A stretch of 64,000 nt of DNA, taken from NCBI GenBank assembly GCA_963665125.2, contig CAXXUK010000001.1, forward strand, positions 3,072,001 to 3,136,000, in the 5' to 3' direction. The stretch is from an uncultured Desulfarculus sp. (GTDB lineage Bacteria; Desulfobacterota; Desulfarculia; Desulfarculales; Desulfarculaceae). Below, one piece after another: positions 9,623-19,517 of this stretch. The translations under genes and the position numbers were made by a program. Under the pieces are notes generated by a model. That model was not told the DNA's origin and searched no databases. It saw only the letters and a list, made by a program, of their open reading frames with translations. Every line of letters begins with the position of its first letter. Within the stretch, counting starts at the first letter, position 1.

Positions 9623-9686
9623 TTTTTTTACTCCTCGCGCCCTATCAGGCTGTTGAAAAGCTCCAGGACGTATTTTCAAGCTATTT

Positions 9687-10667
9687 TCACACCCACAGGT
9701 GAAAAGTCAAATCAGCGTACACCTGGCGCGCGCCCAGGCGGCTCCAGGCCCGGATCACGGCCTGTTGGCTCAGTTTGGTGCGCACCCTGGCCCGGCGGCA
9801 GCCGCTGGCGGACAGCCAGCCCAGGCCGGAACTCAATAGGGCATTATACATGCCCCGGCCCCGTTGGCCATTGGATACGGCATTGAGAACGATCCAGCCG
9901 CAATCCGCGCCCGGTCCGCGGCCCGTGCCCCGGCGCAGGCAGATAAAGCCCGAGAGGCCCTTGGGCCCCCTGAGCACCAGGACCTTGTCGGCCTGGTCGC
10001 CTGAAAGGCAATTGGCCATCCAGCGGCTGTACATCTCCGGGCAGCCGCCGCGCATTCCCGGGTCCAGGGCGAAGCGGTCGCTATAGGCGTCCAGATCGCA
10101 CAGGGACTCGGCGGCCAGGCGGCAAAGCGCCGGGGCGTCGCCATCTTTCGGGTCGCCCACGCTGTAGCCCTCGTCCAGGTATTGCAGGCCGGGGGCCCTA
10201 TCCAGATCCAAAATCCACTCGACGCTGACATCGGCCAGGCGAAAGCCGCCGGCTTCCAGACACTGGGCGGCCAGATAATCCCGGCAGGGCACCCTGGCCA
10301 CCAGGCAGTCGTAGCCCTCGTCCGCGGCGTAACCGCAAGCGGCTTTTAGAACGGCGGCGCCAAGGTCGTTTTCCGGTTCACCGGGCCATTTGGCGCGGTG
10401 CATGAGCGGACCCAGCCTGGCCATCTTGCTGCCGAACACGCCGCTGTCAAAAGCCAGGTCCTTGAACCCGGCCAGCCAGGCCCATTCGCCGTTGCTTTGG
10501 GCGGACCATGTTTTTTGGCATGAGCTCAGGTCGCGGAGCAGGGATTCGGTGGCCAAGGCCCTGTCGGCCATGGGCCATTGGTCGCCGCCAAAGGGAAAAA
10601 CCGAGGCCAATTCCCCGGCTTGATCGGTTGCGGCGGCACCCGCGCCATCCATTGAAATCACACTCAA
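9687..10667 (-). CDS. GNAT family acetyltransferase (WecD/RffC-like, two-domain)
   Basis: FDSGVFG, SDRFALDP, AVSNGQRGRG, RVRTKLSQQAVIR; start uncertain (TTG 10667 or ATG 10652). Confidence 0.75.
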   Translation of the reverse strand: MSVISMDGAGAAATDQAGELASVFPFGGDQWPMADRALATESLLRDLSSCQKTWSAQSNGEWAWLAGFKDLAFDSGVFGSKMARLGPLMHRAKWPGEPENDLGAAVLKAACGYAADEGYDCLVARVPCRDYLAAQCLEAGGFRLADVSVEWILDLDRAPGLQYLDEGYSVGDPKDGDAPALCRLAAESLCDLDAYSDRFALDPGMRGGCPEMYSRWMANCLSGDQADKVLVLRGPKGLSGFICLRRGTGRGPGADCGWIVLNAVSNGQRGRGMYNALLSSGLGWLSASGCRRARVRTKLSQQAVIRAWSRLGARQVYADLTFHLWV

Positions 10668-10742
10668 TTTCGAGCCCTCCTGGAAGGGCCTACTTTACCC
10701 CAGCCCAACAGGGCGGTCAAGCAGTGCGCACTTGGTCACACT

Positions 10743-12347
10743 CTACGCATTATCCGCCTGACGGGGCAGCCGGGCGCTAAGCACGAAGCCGCCGCCCTTG
10801 GGCCCGGCCGACACTTCCACAAGGCCGCCGTGGGCCTCCACGATGCGCCGGGCCTTGGCCATGCCCATTTCCGGGCCAAAGCTGCGCTCGGCCAGGGGGC
10901 CCTCTGATTCCGGGCTGGCCCCGGCCCCGAAAATGGTCATCACGGCGCCCGTGCCGTTGCCTGCCAGATGCACATGCACCGAGCCGCCGCCGCGACAGGC
11001 CAGGTGGGTGCCGTAATCGAGCATCAGGCCCACCATTTCCTCGACCCCATGGCGGTCGGCCCGCAGAATGACCGGATTGCCGCCGAGATGCTTCTTGATT
11101 TTGGGTCCGCCGCCGGGCCGGGCGTCACACACGCGGCCGATCAATTCGCTCAGGTCCAGCGGCTCCAAATGGGGCTCGAAAGGCTTGACCAGATTGGTCA
11201 TCTCGGCCAGCACGTCATCGAGCCTGCCCGCTTCGTTGATGATCACCTCGGCGTAGCGCTGCAACTCGCCGCCGCTCTCCAGGAGTTTGGCCAGACGCCG
11301 GGCAAAGCCACCCACGCTCATCAGGGGGTTGCGGATCTCATGGGCCACGGCCTCCAGGGTGTTGACCACGGTCTCTTCCTGGAGCCTGCGGGTCTCGCCG
11401 CCCACCCCGGCCGCCAAACGCACATGGGGCGCCACCTGCTGGCTCAGCCGTGCCAGGGCCTGGTTGGCCTTTTCCATCACCGCCAGCAGGTCGGCCTGCT
11501 GGTCCAGCTCCAGGTCCATGGCCTGGGCCGCTTCACCCACAATGGTCAGGGCCTCGCTGACAATGAGGTTGATGTCGTCGTCGAGCAGGCCGAACCACTT
11601 GCGGGCCAGGCGGTGCACCTCGGTCAGGGTGGCATTGTCGCCGAACAGAGCCTCGGCCAGACGCCGGGCAAAGTCAACCACCCGCAGTTCGATGGGCGCC
11701 TCGGCGTCCTCTTTGCGCAGGTGTTTCTGGGTGCGCACCAGCAACTTGGGCAGACCCCATTTCTGCAATGCGGCCGCCCCGACCATGCGGTGGTCCAGGC
11801 CGAAGTTTTTGCGCTCCCATTCCAGCTGGGCGCTGAGCCCGGCCAAAACGCCCACAAAGGTATCCGTCTGGCCGGGGCCAAGGGCGTGCATCATCAGCGG
11901 CAGGCCCAGTTCCAACAGCAGCCCGGCCACGAACAGGTCTTCGGCCCGGTCCAGGCCCAGACGCTGGGCCAGCAGCCGGGCCAGCGCCGCCCGGTGCAGG
12001 GACATGCGCCAGAATTGATAAAACTGCGGGTCGCCCTTTTGCAGGGGCAGGGTGTGGCGCAGGCTGATGCCCAGGGCCATGATCCGCACTTCCCGCAGGC
12101 CCAGAAAGACCACCGCCCTTTGCAAATTGGTTACTTCTTCTTCGGTCACGCGGAAGGCTGGGCTGTTGGCCAACATCAGCAGACGGGCCGACATGCCCGG
12201 GTCCTGTTCGATGATCCGGGTCAGGTCCTGGATGCTGGCGTTTTCGTCCGAGGCCAGGTCCACCAGGCGCACCGCCAATGGTGAAAGCGTCGGCGCCTGC
12301 TGGCCGCCAAGTATCTTTTCCAGTAGCTGGGTAGCCGCTTGATCCAT
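10743..12347 (-). CDS. HDOD domain protein fused to HisKA and a degenerate HATPase
   Basis: IEQDPGMSARLLMLANSPAF, AVVFLG, LDHRMVG...WGLP (HDOD); AVAHEIRNPL H-box. Confidence 0.88.
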   Translation of the reverse strand: MDQAATQLLEKILGGQQAPTLSPLAVRLVDLASDENASIQDLTRIIEQDPGMSARLLMLANSPAFRVTEEEVTNLQRAVVFLGLREVRIMALGISLRHTLPLQKGDPQFYQFWRMSLHRAALARLLAQRLGLDRAEDLFVAGLLLELGLPLMMHALGPGQTDTFVGVLAGLSAQLEWERKNFGLDHRMVGAAALQKWGLPKLLVRTQKHLRKEDAEAPIELRVVDFARRLAEALFGDNATLTEVHRLARKWFGLLDDDINLIVSEALTIVGEAAQAMDLELDQQADLLAVMEKANQALARLSQQVAPHVRLAAGVGGETRRLQEETVVNTLEAVAHEIRNPLMSVGGFARRLAKLLESGGELQRYAEVIINEAGRLDDVLAEMTNLVKPFEPHLEPLDLSELIGRVCDARPGGGPKIKKHLGGNPVILRADRHGVEEMVGLMLDYGTHLACRGGGSVHVHLAGNGTGAVMTIFGAGASPESEGPLAERSFGPEMGMAKARRIVEAHGGLVEVSAGPKGGGFVLSARLPRQADNA

Positions 12348-12482
12348 ATCCGCTCCGGGCAGGCCTGCTTGACTTCAGATTCAATTTTAACACGCCGGGA
12401 GCGTTTCATGTAAATCCGCTGTGCTTGTTACCCGGCCACGGCAATGTTATAAAGGGCCATGAAGCGTACAGGAGGTTTTTCC

Positions 12483-13118
12483 ATGTCAGATACGACCAGG
12501 CACGGGCCCCGACTGGATATGGGCTCCGAGGATCACGACGGTTTTGACGTTTCCACCCGGCAGCCCATGGCCGACTACAGCCAGGCCGCCAAGCCGTCGG
12601 CCGTGCCCATGATCAGCCTGCTGATCTCCATGGTTGCCCTGGGACTGGCCGTTTGGGCTCTGGCCGCGCCTCCGGCCAGCCCGCTGCTCACTGCTCCGCC
12701 GCCTCCGGGCCTGGCCCAGGCCCCGGCGGGCGACCGGGTGGCCTTCCTGGAGCAGGACATCCAAAAGGCCCTGCTGCATCTGGTGACCATTGAGCGGCGC
12801 CTGCAAAAGCTGGAAGGCCGGGTCAACACCCTGGCCAAGGGCCAGGCCGAAATAGCGGCCAGGCCAGCCCCGGAGCCCACCGCCGAAGTCACCGCCGAGG
12901 CCACCGAGCCTCCGGCAACGCCGCAGCCGACGGCACGGGCCACCCAGGAGCCGAAGCCCGCGCAACCGCAAAAGCAGACTTATAAAGTCCGCCCCGGTGA
13001 CACCCTCACGGGCATCGCCGGGCAGTACAAGGTTGATCTCGACGACCTCTGCAAGTGGAACAACATGAGCAAACGCTCGACCATCAAGGTCGGCCAGCGC
13101 CTGGTAATCTACAAATAG
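12483..13118 (+). CDS. Membrane-anchored LysM domain protein
   Basis: TM helix, coiled coil, Pro/Ala/Thr linker, C-terminal YKVRPGDTLTGIA...WNNM...IKVGQRL; RBS GGAGG. Confidence 0.9.
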   Translation: MSDTTRHGPRLDMGSEDHDGFDVSTRQPMADYSQAAKPSAVPMISLLISMVALGLAVWALAAPPASPLLTAPPPPGLAQAPAGDRVAFLEQDIQKALLHLVTIERRLQKLEGRVNTLAKGQAEIAARPAPEPTAEVTAEATEPPATPQPTARATQEPKPAQPQKQTYKVRPGDTLTGIAGQYKVDLDDLCKWNNMSKRSTIKVGQRLVIYK

Positions 13119-13131
13119 CCGGGGAAAGCAT

Positions 13132-14256
13132 ATGTCCCGTGTGGCGGTGACCGCTTGCCCTGACTATCAAAACCCGGCCCTTGAGCGGGCGGTGCGCCGG
13201 GCCGTGGACCACTGCGGCGGCATGGCTTCTTTTGTCCTGCCCGGACAGCGGGTTTTGTTGAAGCCCAACCTGCTGGGAGCCTACGCCCTAGAGCGGCGGG
13301 TGACCACCGACCCGGCCGTGGTCCTGGCCGTGGGCAGGCTGGTCGCCGAGGCCGGGGGCGGGATCATCATCGGCGACAGCCCGGCCATCGACGGCTTCAG
13401 GCGCACCGTGGCCAAAAGCGGCATGGACAGAGTGGCCGCCGAACTGGATGCCGAACTGGTGGAGCTTGGCGACCCACAGGAGGTGCCCACGCCCCTGGGC
13501 TGCCTCTACCGACGTCTGGAGCTGGCCCGCCAGGCAGTGGAAGCCGATGTCATCATCAACCTGCCCAAGCTAAAAACCCACTGCATGATGCTGTTGACCC
13601 TGGGGGTCAAGAACCTCTTCGGGACCATCGTGGCCCAGCGCAAGAGCGAGTGGCACTTTGCCATCGGCCAGGACCGCGACATCTTCGCCGGTCTGCTGTT
13701 GGACATCCACTCCACCCTGGCTCCGGCCCTGACCATCCTCGACGGCGTGTGGGCCATGGAGGGTAAAGGCCCCGGCAACGGCGACCCCAGGCACGTGGGC
13801 CTCATTGCCGCGTCCACCGACGCCCTGGCCTTGGACTTGCACATCGCGGGCCTTCTGGGCGCACCCGGCGATTTGTTTCCCCTGGGCCGGGCGGCCCTGT
13901 CCCGTGGCCTGATCAAGGGCCATCACGACACCGAAATCGTCGGCGACGACATCCCGCCCGTCAAGGATTTCGTCCTGCCCGAGTTGGGCGGCGTGGCCAT
14001 GGTGCCCGAGCCCATCAACCGCTTCTTGCAGCGCCGGGCCGCGCCCAAACCACTGCAAAGCCCTGATCTGTGCCAAGCATGCGGCAAGTGCGCCGAGATC
14101 TGCCCGGCGGGCTGCATCACCCTGGACGGGCGCAAGGCCTCGTTTGACCACAACGCCTGCATCCGCTGCTACTGCTGCCACGAGGTCTGCCCGGCCGACG
14201 CCATTTTCTTCAAGAAAGGCCTTCTGGCCAAGGTCCTGGAACGCTTGGGCCGCTAG
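13132..14256 (+). CDS. DUF362 domain protein with 2x[4Fe-4S] ferredoxin
   Basis: VLLKPNLL, INLPKLKTH, LGVKNLFG, MEGKGP; CQACGKCAEICP and CIRCYCCHEVCP. Confidence 0.92.
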   Translation: MSRVAVTACPDYQNPALERAVRRAVDHCGGMASFVLPGQRVLLKPNLLGAYALERRVTTDPAVVLAVGRLVAEAGGGIIIGDSPAIDGFRRTVAKSGMDRVAAELDAELVELGDPQEVPTPLGCLYRRLELARQAVEADVIINLPKLKTHCMMLLTLGVKNLFGTIVAQRKSEWHFAIGQDRDIFAGLLLDIHSTLAPALTILDGVWAMEGKGPGNGDPRHVGLIAASTDALALDLHIAGLLGAPGDLFPLGRAALSRGLIKGHHDTEIVGDDIPPVKDFVLPELGGVAMVPEPINRFLQRRAAPKPLQSPDLCQACGKCAEICPAGCITLDGRKASFDHNACIRCYCCHEVCPADAIFFKKGLLAKVLERLGR

Positions 14257-14386
14257 GTCGGCCGCCTGGGCCATATTCATTGACCAGCCCAGGGCCGAAC
14301 CATACAATGAGCGAAATAACCACGATCGAATAAAGGCTGATATCAACTGGTTGGACGCATCACCGAGGTAACCGAGGAGGTGGACG

Positions 14387-14848
14387 ATGTTGCGCCTGAA
14401 AATCCTGGCCCGTTGTTGTTCGCTGTTACTGGCCGTCCTGGCGGTGGCGGGTGGCCTGCCCGCCACCGCCCAACCGCCCGATCCGGCGAATCAAATCACC
14501 GGCCAGTGGCAAATGGCCCCCAACAAGCGGGCTAGAAGCGGCTCCATCACCTTCAAGGCCAACGGCACGTATGTGATGGACGAGCGCTTGCAAGACGGTG
14601 ACCGCGTCGGCAAAAAGGGCCAGTACAAACTCTACCCCACGGCCGCGCCGGCCCGCATCGACATCTGCCTGATGAAGTGCGGCGGGCCCGGTTCGCAGTA
14701 CACCACCTGCTTCGGCATCTACCGCTTTTTGCCCGACGGCAGGCTGGAGATCCGCACCTCGCCCGACGCCAAATACCCCACGGCGTTTAATGACGGCGCC
14801 GACCCCCTGCAAGACGCCCACACCATGTTCCTCACCAGGGTGCCTTAG
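14387..14848 (+). CDS. Exported hypothetical protein (resembles TIGR03067/lipocalin-like domain)
   Basis: Signal peptide; GQW, GQYKLYPTAAPARIDI, GIYRF..DGRLEI, PTAF; RBS GAGGAGG. Confidence 0.7.
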   Translation: MLRLKILARCCSLLLAVLAVAGGLPATAQPPDPANQITGQWQMAPNKRARSGSITFKANGTYVMDERLQDGDRVGKKGQYKLYPTAAPARIDICLMKCGGPGSQYTTCFGIYRFLPDGRLEIRTSPDAKYPTAFNDGADPLQDAHTMFLTRVP

Positions 14849-14914
14849 AACCGGCCCAAAAACGGCGTGGCCGCCCCGAAAGGCGGCTACGCATGGTTCA
14901 ATTTTCGTTTTTAA

Positions 14915-16288
14915 TCATCGTTTTTTAAGCATGCGGGCCAGGCGCCCGGCCGTCATTTCGGTGATCTCGGCCAGGCAGGGGTGGGTGTAGGGGATCGAGG
15001 CGATGTCGCCGGGCGTGCCGCCCAGCTTGATGGTCACCGCCGAGTCGTGGATCATCAGTGAGGCCTCGGGCGAAACCAGGTCCGTGCCGATGAGCTTGCC
15101 CGTGGCCGTATCGGCACGCATGGTCATGAAGCCGCGCATGCCGCCGGGATAGGTCTTGCCCGCGGCCAGGTCGGACAAATCGAAATAGGCTTCCACGTAT
15201 TCGATGCCCGCCGCCTCGGCCTGGGCCGCGCTCATGCCCACCATGGCCACCTGCGGGTCGGTGAAGATGGCCCTGGGCACCACGGCGTCGTTAATGGGCT
15301 TGGTTTTTCCGGCCACGGCGTTATGCCCGGCCGTCTCGCCCTCCAATATGGCCTGGTTGACCACCATCAGCCTGGCGGTGACATCGCCGGCGGCGAAGAT
15401 GTGCTCCACGTTGGTGCGCATGCAATCGTCCACCACGACCCTGCCGCCGGGGCCGGTTTCAACGCCCGCGGCTTCCAGGTTCAATTTGTCCGTGTTGGGC
15501 CGCCGGCCCAGGGACATCAGCAGGGCCTCGCAGGAGATACTCTTTTCCTGGCCCCGGTGTTGAAATACGACCTTGGTGTCGCCGCGGCCGCCCTCGATGC
15601 GCTCCAGCTTGGTCTCGGTGAAGATATCCACGCCGTCGTCGGCCAGGCATTCCTGCAACAGCAGGCCGATGCGCTCGTCCAGGCCGCTGAGCACGTGCCC
15701 GCTACGCTGGATCAGGGTGACGTCCACGTCCATGTGGGCGGCGTACTGGGCCAGCTCCAGAGCCATGGTGCCGCCGCCCAGCACCACCAAAGACCTGGGC
15801 AGCTTTTCCATCTCCAAAAAAGTATCCGAAATCATGTAGCCGCTTTGGGCCAGTCCCGGCACGTTGGGTATTATCTCGGTTGAACCGGTGGCTATGACGA
15901 TCTTGGCGGCGCTGATGGTCTTGCCTTCCACCTCGATCTCATGGGGGCCCACGAATCTGGCCGTGCCGTTGATCACCTCCAGGCCCTGCTTTTGTTTGGC
16001 CTCCACGGCCGTCACCCGCCTGTTGGCCAGGAAATCGACCACCTTGCGCTTGAAACGAAGCACCTCGGGATAGGCCTGGCCGCGGTCGGCCCCGGCGGCC
16101 CGCAGTTCGTCGGCGCTGTGGATCAGGGCCTTGGAAGGCATGCATCCGGCCAAAATGCACAAACCGCCCAGGCGGTAGCCCTCGATCATTGCCACCTTGG
16201 CTCCGCTTTTCATGGCCGTGGTCGCGGCGGTGAATCCGGCGCTGCCGCCTCCGCCGATAATCAATACGTCGTAATCAAATCCGCTCAA
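14915..16288 (-). CDS. Pyridine nucleotide-disulfide oxidoreductase (Lpd/MerA/RclA family)
   Basis: IIGGGGSAG, GGLCILAGCMPSK redox disulfide, IATGS, IFAAGDV, C-terminal HPCLAE; no MerA C-terminal CC. Confidence 0.92.
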   Translation of the reverse strand: MSGFDYDVLIIGGGGSAGFTAATTAMKSGAKVAMIEGYRLGGLCILAGCMPSKALIHSADELRAAGADRGQAYPEVLRFKRKVVDFLANRRVTAVEAKQKQGLEVINGTARFVGPHEIEVEGKTISAAKIVIATGSTEIIPNVPGLAQSGYMISDTFLEMEKLPRSLVVLGGGTMALELAQYAAHMDVDVTLIQRSGHVLSGLDERIGLLLQECLADDGVDIFTETKLERIEGGRGDTKVVFQHRGQEKSISCEALLMSLGRRPNTDKLNLEAAGVETGPGGRVVVDDCMRTNVEHIFAAGDVTARLMVVNQAILEGETAGHNAVAGKTKPINDAVVPRAIFTDPQVAMVGMSAAQAEAAGIEYVEAYFDLSDLAAGKTYPGGMRGFMTMRADTATGKLIGTDLVSPEASLMIHDSAVTIKLGGTPGDIASIPYTHPCLAEITEMTAGRLARMLKKR

Positions 16289-17328
16289 TCTTGCGTCTCC
16301 TCGTTGCTGAGCATGCGGCGGGCTTTATGCCTGGCCAACTCCTGCATGTCCACAACTTCGTCCAACTCGTCAACAATTTCCGACCCGACCAGCGACTCCA
16401 GCACGTCCTCCATGGTCACCAGACCGTCGATGCCGCCGTATTCATCGACAACCAGGCACATATGGGCCCGGCGGCTGAGGAAATACTTCAGCAGCATCAG
16501 CGCGTTGGCCGATGCGGGCATGAATTTCAGGGGCCGGGAGATATCGGCCAACCTGGGGTCTTCCTTTTCCACGTCCGTGGCAAGGACCTTGTCCTTGAGC
16601 ACATAGCCGGTGATATTTTCGTTGGTGCCCTCGAACACCGGCAACCGGGAATAAGCCCAGTTGCGGGCCTCGGGCAGGATATCCGAAACGCGCATGCCGC
16701 CGTCAACGGTGACCATCACCGTGCGGGGCGTCATGATGTTGGAGGCGCTTACCTCCTCCAGGCCGATGATGTTATGGATCAGGTCGGCCTCCATCTTGGA
16801 GATTTCGCCGCCGCGCTGGCTCAGGGATGCCGCGGCCAGGATGTCGGCCTCGCTGACAGCCGCCGCCGAGCCGTGTCCCTTGGTGATCATGCGGGTCATG
16901 CCCCTGGTCAGCCAGATCAGCGGACTGAGAAACAGCACCAACATCCTCAAGGGAAACACCGACCACTGCCACAGGCCCTTCCAGTAAACCGCGCCCACGG
17001 TCTTGGGGATGATTTCGCTCAACAGCAAGATCAACAGGGTGAAGACCAGCGAAAAAACCCAAAGGTACTCCGCCCCGAAAACTCGGCCCGCGGCCCAGCC
17101 GGCCAAGGCGGCTCCGGCCGTGTTGGCCAGGGTATTGAGGATCAATATCCCCGCCAAGGGGCGGTCCACCCTGGTCTTTAATTGCTTCATCAGCAGGCCG
17201 GCCCGGTTGCCCTGTTCCACCGCCGCCTGAACCGTTATCAGCCTTGTGGAATATAGGATCGATTCGAGCAACGAACAAAACGCCGAAACGAAAACGGAAA
17301 TGGCCACGGCCAAAATCAGAGTCGTCAT
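16285..17328 (-). CDS. CNNM/DUF21-CBS (hemolysin/CorC family) membrane protein
   Basis: SAFCSLLES, ILILNTLANT, SEIIPKT, IMTPR, YSRLPV, VVDEYGG...TMEDVLE. Confidence 0.93.
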   Translation of the reverse strand: MTTLILAVAISVFVSAFCSLLESILYSTRLITVQAAVEQGNRAGLLMKQLKTRVDRPLAGILILNTLANTAGAALAGWAAGRVFGAEYLWVFSLVFTLLILLLSEIIPKTVGAVYWKGLWQWSVFPLRMLVLFLSPLIWLTRGMTRMITKGHGSAAAVSEADILAAASLSQRGGEISKMEADLIHNIIGLEEVSASNIMTPRTVMVTVDGGMRVSDILPEARNWAYSRLPVFEGTNENITGYVLKDKVLATDVEKEDPRLADISRPLKFMPASANALMLLKYFLSRRAHMCLVVDEYGGIDGLVTMEDVLESLVGSEIVDELDEVVDMQELARHKARRMLSNEETQD

Positions 17329-17584
17329 TTCCCCTCCGAGAGGTAACAGAACATAGCAAATACAATAGCACGCATGGCAGCGAATCAAACAGCGTCAGTT
17401 GGTGGCGGCGTTGGTAATTTTTCGAAACAGGTCATGCCATCTTGTCCGGCGATCAGCCGACATGCTAGTTTTTTCAAAAGCGCCTTCCTCCAAGGCAAGC
17501 GCTTCCGGTGATTTTCAGGCCCAAAATATAGCGGGTAATTTCCCGATTACCAGGGCCCACCCGTGCATCATGCGGAGAAGTATC

Positions 17585-18475
17585 ATGAGCTTCCAAAGGC
17601 TGGATCTGACGTTCGAGGTCAAAGGAGAAACCTTGCAGGCCTGGCTCTACCTGCCCGAGGGCGTGAAGAAGCCTCCCGTGGTGGTGATGGCCCATGGTTT
17701 CGGCGCGCTGAGGAATTTCGGGCTGCAACCATTTGCCGAAAACTTCGCCGCCAGAGGCCTGGCCTCGCTGTTGTTCGACTACCGCTGTTTCGGCCAAAGC
17801 GGCGGCAAACCACGCCAACTCGTTAGCATCGGCGGCCAGTTGGCCGACTGGCGGGCCGCGGTGCACTTCGCCCAGGGCCTGGACCAGGTGGATGGAGAGC
17901 GCATCGCCCTGTGGGGCAGTTCGTTCAGCGGCGGCCATGTGGTGGTGACAGCCGCCAGGGACGGCGGCATCCGGGCCGTGGTCAGCCAGGTGCCCCACGT
18001 CGACGGCATGGCCTCGGCCCGCCGGCTGGGCCTGGGTTTCATAGCAAAAGGCATGGTCGACGGCATCAAGGACCTGTTCCGGGCCGTACTGGGCCGTGAA
18101 CCCCACTATGTGCCCATTGCCGGGCCGCCGGACAGCCGGGCATTTTTGCGCACGCCGGACTGCGAGGACGGCTACATGGCCATCGTCAACGATGACGCCC
18201 CGTGGACCAACGCCTTCCCGGCCCGCACGTTCCTGTGGGTGGCGGGCTACCGGCCCACGGCCTCCGCGCCGCTGGTCAAGTGTCCGATGCTGGTGGTGGC
18301 CGGGCGGGGCGACAGCCTTATCCCCTACGACGCGGTGGTGAAGATGGCGAAAAAGGTCCCCAGGGGCGAAATTCTCAAGCTGGACTGCGGCCATTTCGAC
18401 CCCTACGTGGAGCCGCTGTTCCCCACGGTGGTCAAGGCCGAGGCCGATTTCCTGGCGCGGCACCTGCTGGGCTAA
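17585..18475 (+). CDS. Alpha/beta hydrolase
   Basis: VVMAHGF, FDYRCFGQSGG, nucleophile WGSSFSGG, GRGDSL, CGHFD; start at ATG 17585. Confidence 0.9.
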   Translation: MSFQRLDLTFEVKGETLQAWLYLPEGVKKPPVVVMAHGFGALRNFGLQPFAENFAARGLASLLFDYRCFGQSGGKPRQLVSIGGQLADWRAAVHFAQGLDQVDGERIALWGSSFSGGHVVVTAARDGGIRAVVSQVPHVDGMASARRLGLGFIAKGMVDGIKDLFRAVLGREPHYVPIAGPPDSRAFLRTPDCEDGYMAIVNDDAPWTNAFPARTFLWVAGYRPTASAPLVKCPMLVVAGRGDSLIPYDAVVKMAKKVPRGEILKLDCGHFDPYVEPLFPTVVKAEADFLARHLLG

Positions 18476-19383
18476 AGCAGGTCCGCCAGGGCCGAGCCCA
18501 CATCCGGGAAGCGGAAGGCCAGCCGGGCCTTTTCCAGGCGGCGGGGCAACACCCGCTGCCCCTCCAGCAAAACCGAGCCGAACTCGCCCAGGGCCAGGCG
18601 CACGGCAAAGGCCGGGGCGGGCAGGACGGCAGGACGGCGTAGCACCCCGGCCAGGGCCTTGGTAAGTTCGGCGTTGGTCACCGGACCCGGCGCGCAGCAG
18701 TTTACCGGCCCGGCCAGGCGTTCGTCTTCCAGGCAGAGCTTCAGCGCCGTGGTCAGGTCGGTCTGGTGAATCCAGCTGAACCACTGTTTGCCGCTGCCCA
18801 GCCTGCCGCCCAGGCCCCAGCGGAACAGGGGCAGCATCTGTCCCAAAGCTCCACCGCCCGAACCCAGCACTATGCCAAAGCGGGCGTTGACCACCCGTGC
18901 GCCGCTGCCCGTGGCCTCCTCGGTGGCCGTTTCCCAGTCCCGGCAGACAGTGGCCAGGAAATCATCGCCCGGCGGCGAGTCCTCGTCTAAAATCCTGTCA
19001 TCGCTGAAACCGTAATAACCAACCGCCGAGGCCGAGACCAGGCTGAAGTCCCTGCCCCCCGGCCGGGCGGCGATGGCCTGGCACAGGTTGGTGGTGGTTT
19101 GCACCCGGCTGGAGCGGATCAGGGCCTTGTATTTTTCATTCCAGCGGCCGAAGATGCTAGCCCCGGCCAAGTTAATCGCCGCGTCGCAGGCCATGACCTT
19201 TTCCTGCCAGTCTCCTGGCTGGGTAGGGTCGCCGATGATCGGCTCCACGCCCTTTGGCAGGCGACGAGCCGCCGTGTCCGAACGGCTAAGGGCGCAGACT
19301 CTCCAGCCCCCGGCCATGAGCCAGTTGCACAGGGTCGTCCCCACGAATCCGCTTGCGCCGGTAATAAACACCTGCATGGTCAT
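18472..19383 (-). CDS. TIGR01777/YfcH family NAD-dependent epimerase
   Basis: ITGASGFVG, INLAGA, SASAVGYYG, FLATVCRDWE, GSGKQWFSWIH, LLEGQRV. Confidence 0.93.
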   Translation of the reverse strand: MTMQVFITGASGFVGTTLCNWLMAGGWRVCALSRSDTAARRLPKGVEPIIGDPTQPGDWQEKVMACDAAINLAGASIFGRWNEKYKALIRSSRVQTTTNLCQAIAARPGGRDFSLVSASAVGYYGFSDDRILDEDSPPGDDFLATVCRDWETATEEATGSGARVVNARFGIVLGSGGGALGQMLPLFRWGLGGRLGSGKQWFSWIHQTDLTTALKLCLEDERLAGPVNCCAPGPVTNAELTKALAGVLRRPAVLPAPAFAVRLALGEFGSVLLEGQRVLPRRLEKARLAFRFPDVGSALADLL

Positions 19384-19517
19384 CCCCCTGATGGCCTGAT
19401 TAACGATCCTTGGCGGACTTTTTCATCTTAGCATGACCAGGGCCGCGCTCCGGCCAAAACAAAACCGGCCTGCGGGCGGCAAACCCGGCAGACCGGCAAT
19501 AATGCTTTTTATTCCGG

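Noticed and set aside
14915..16288. Mercuric reductase MerA
   Set aside because: No C-terminal Cys pair, no NmerA domain and no mer genes nearby; left as a generic disulfide oxidoreductase.
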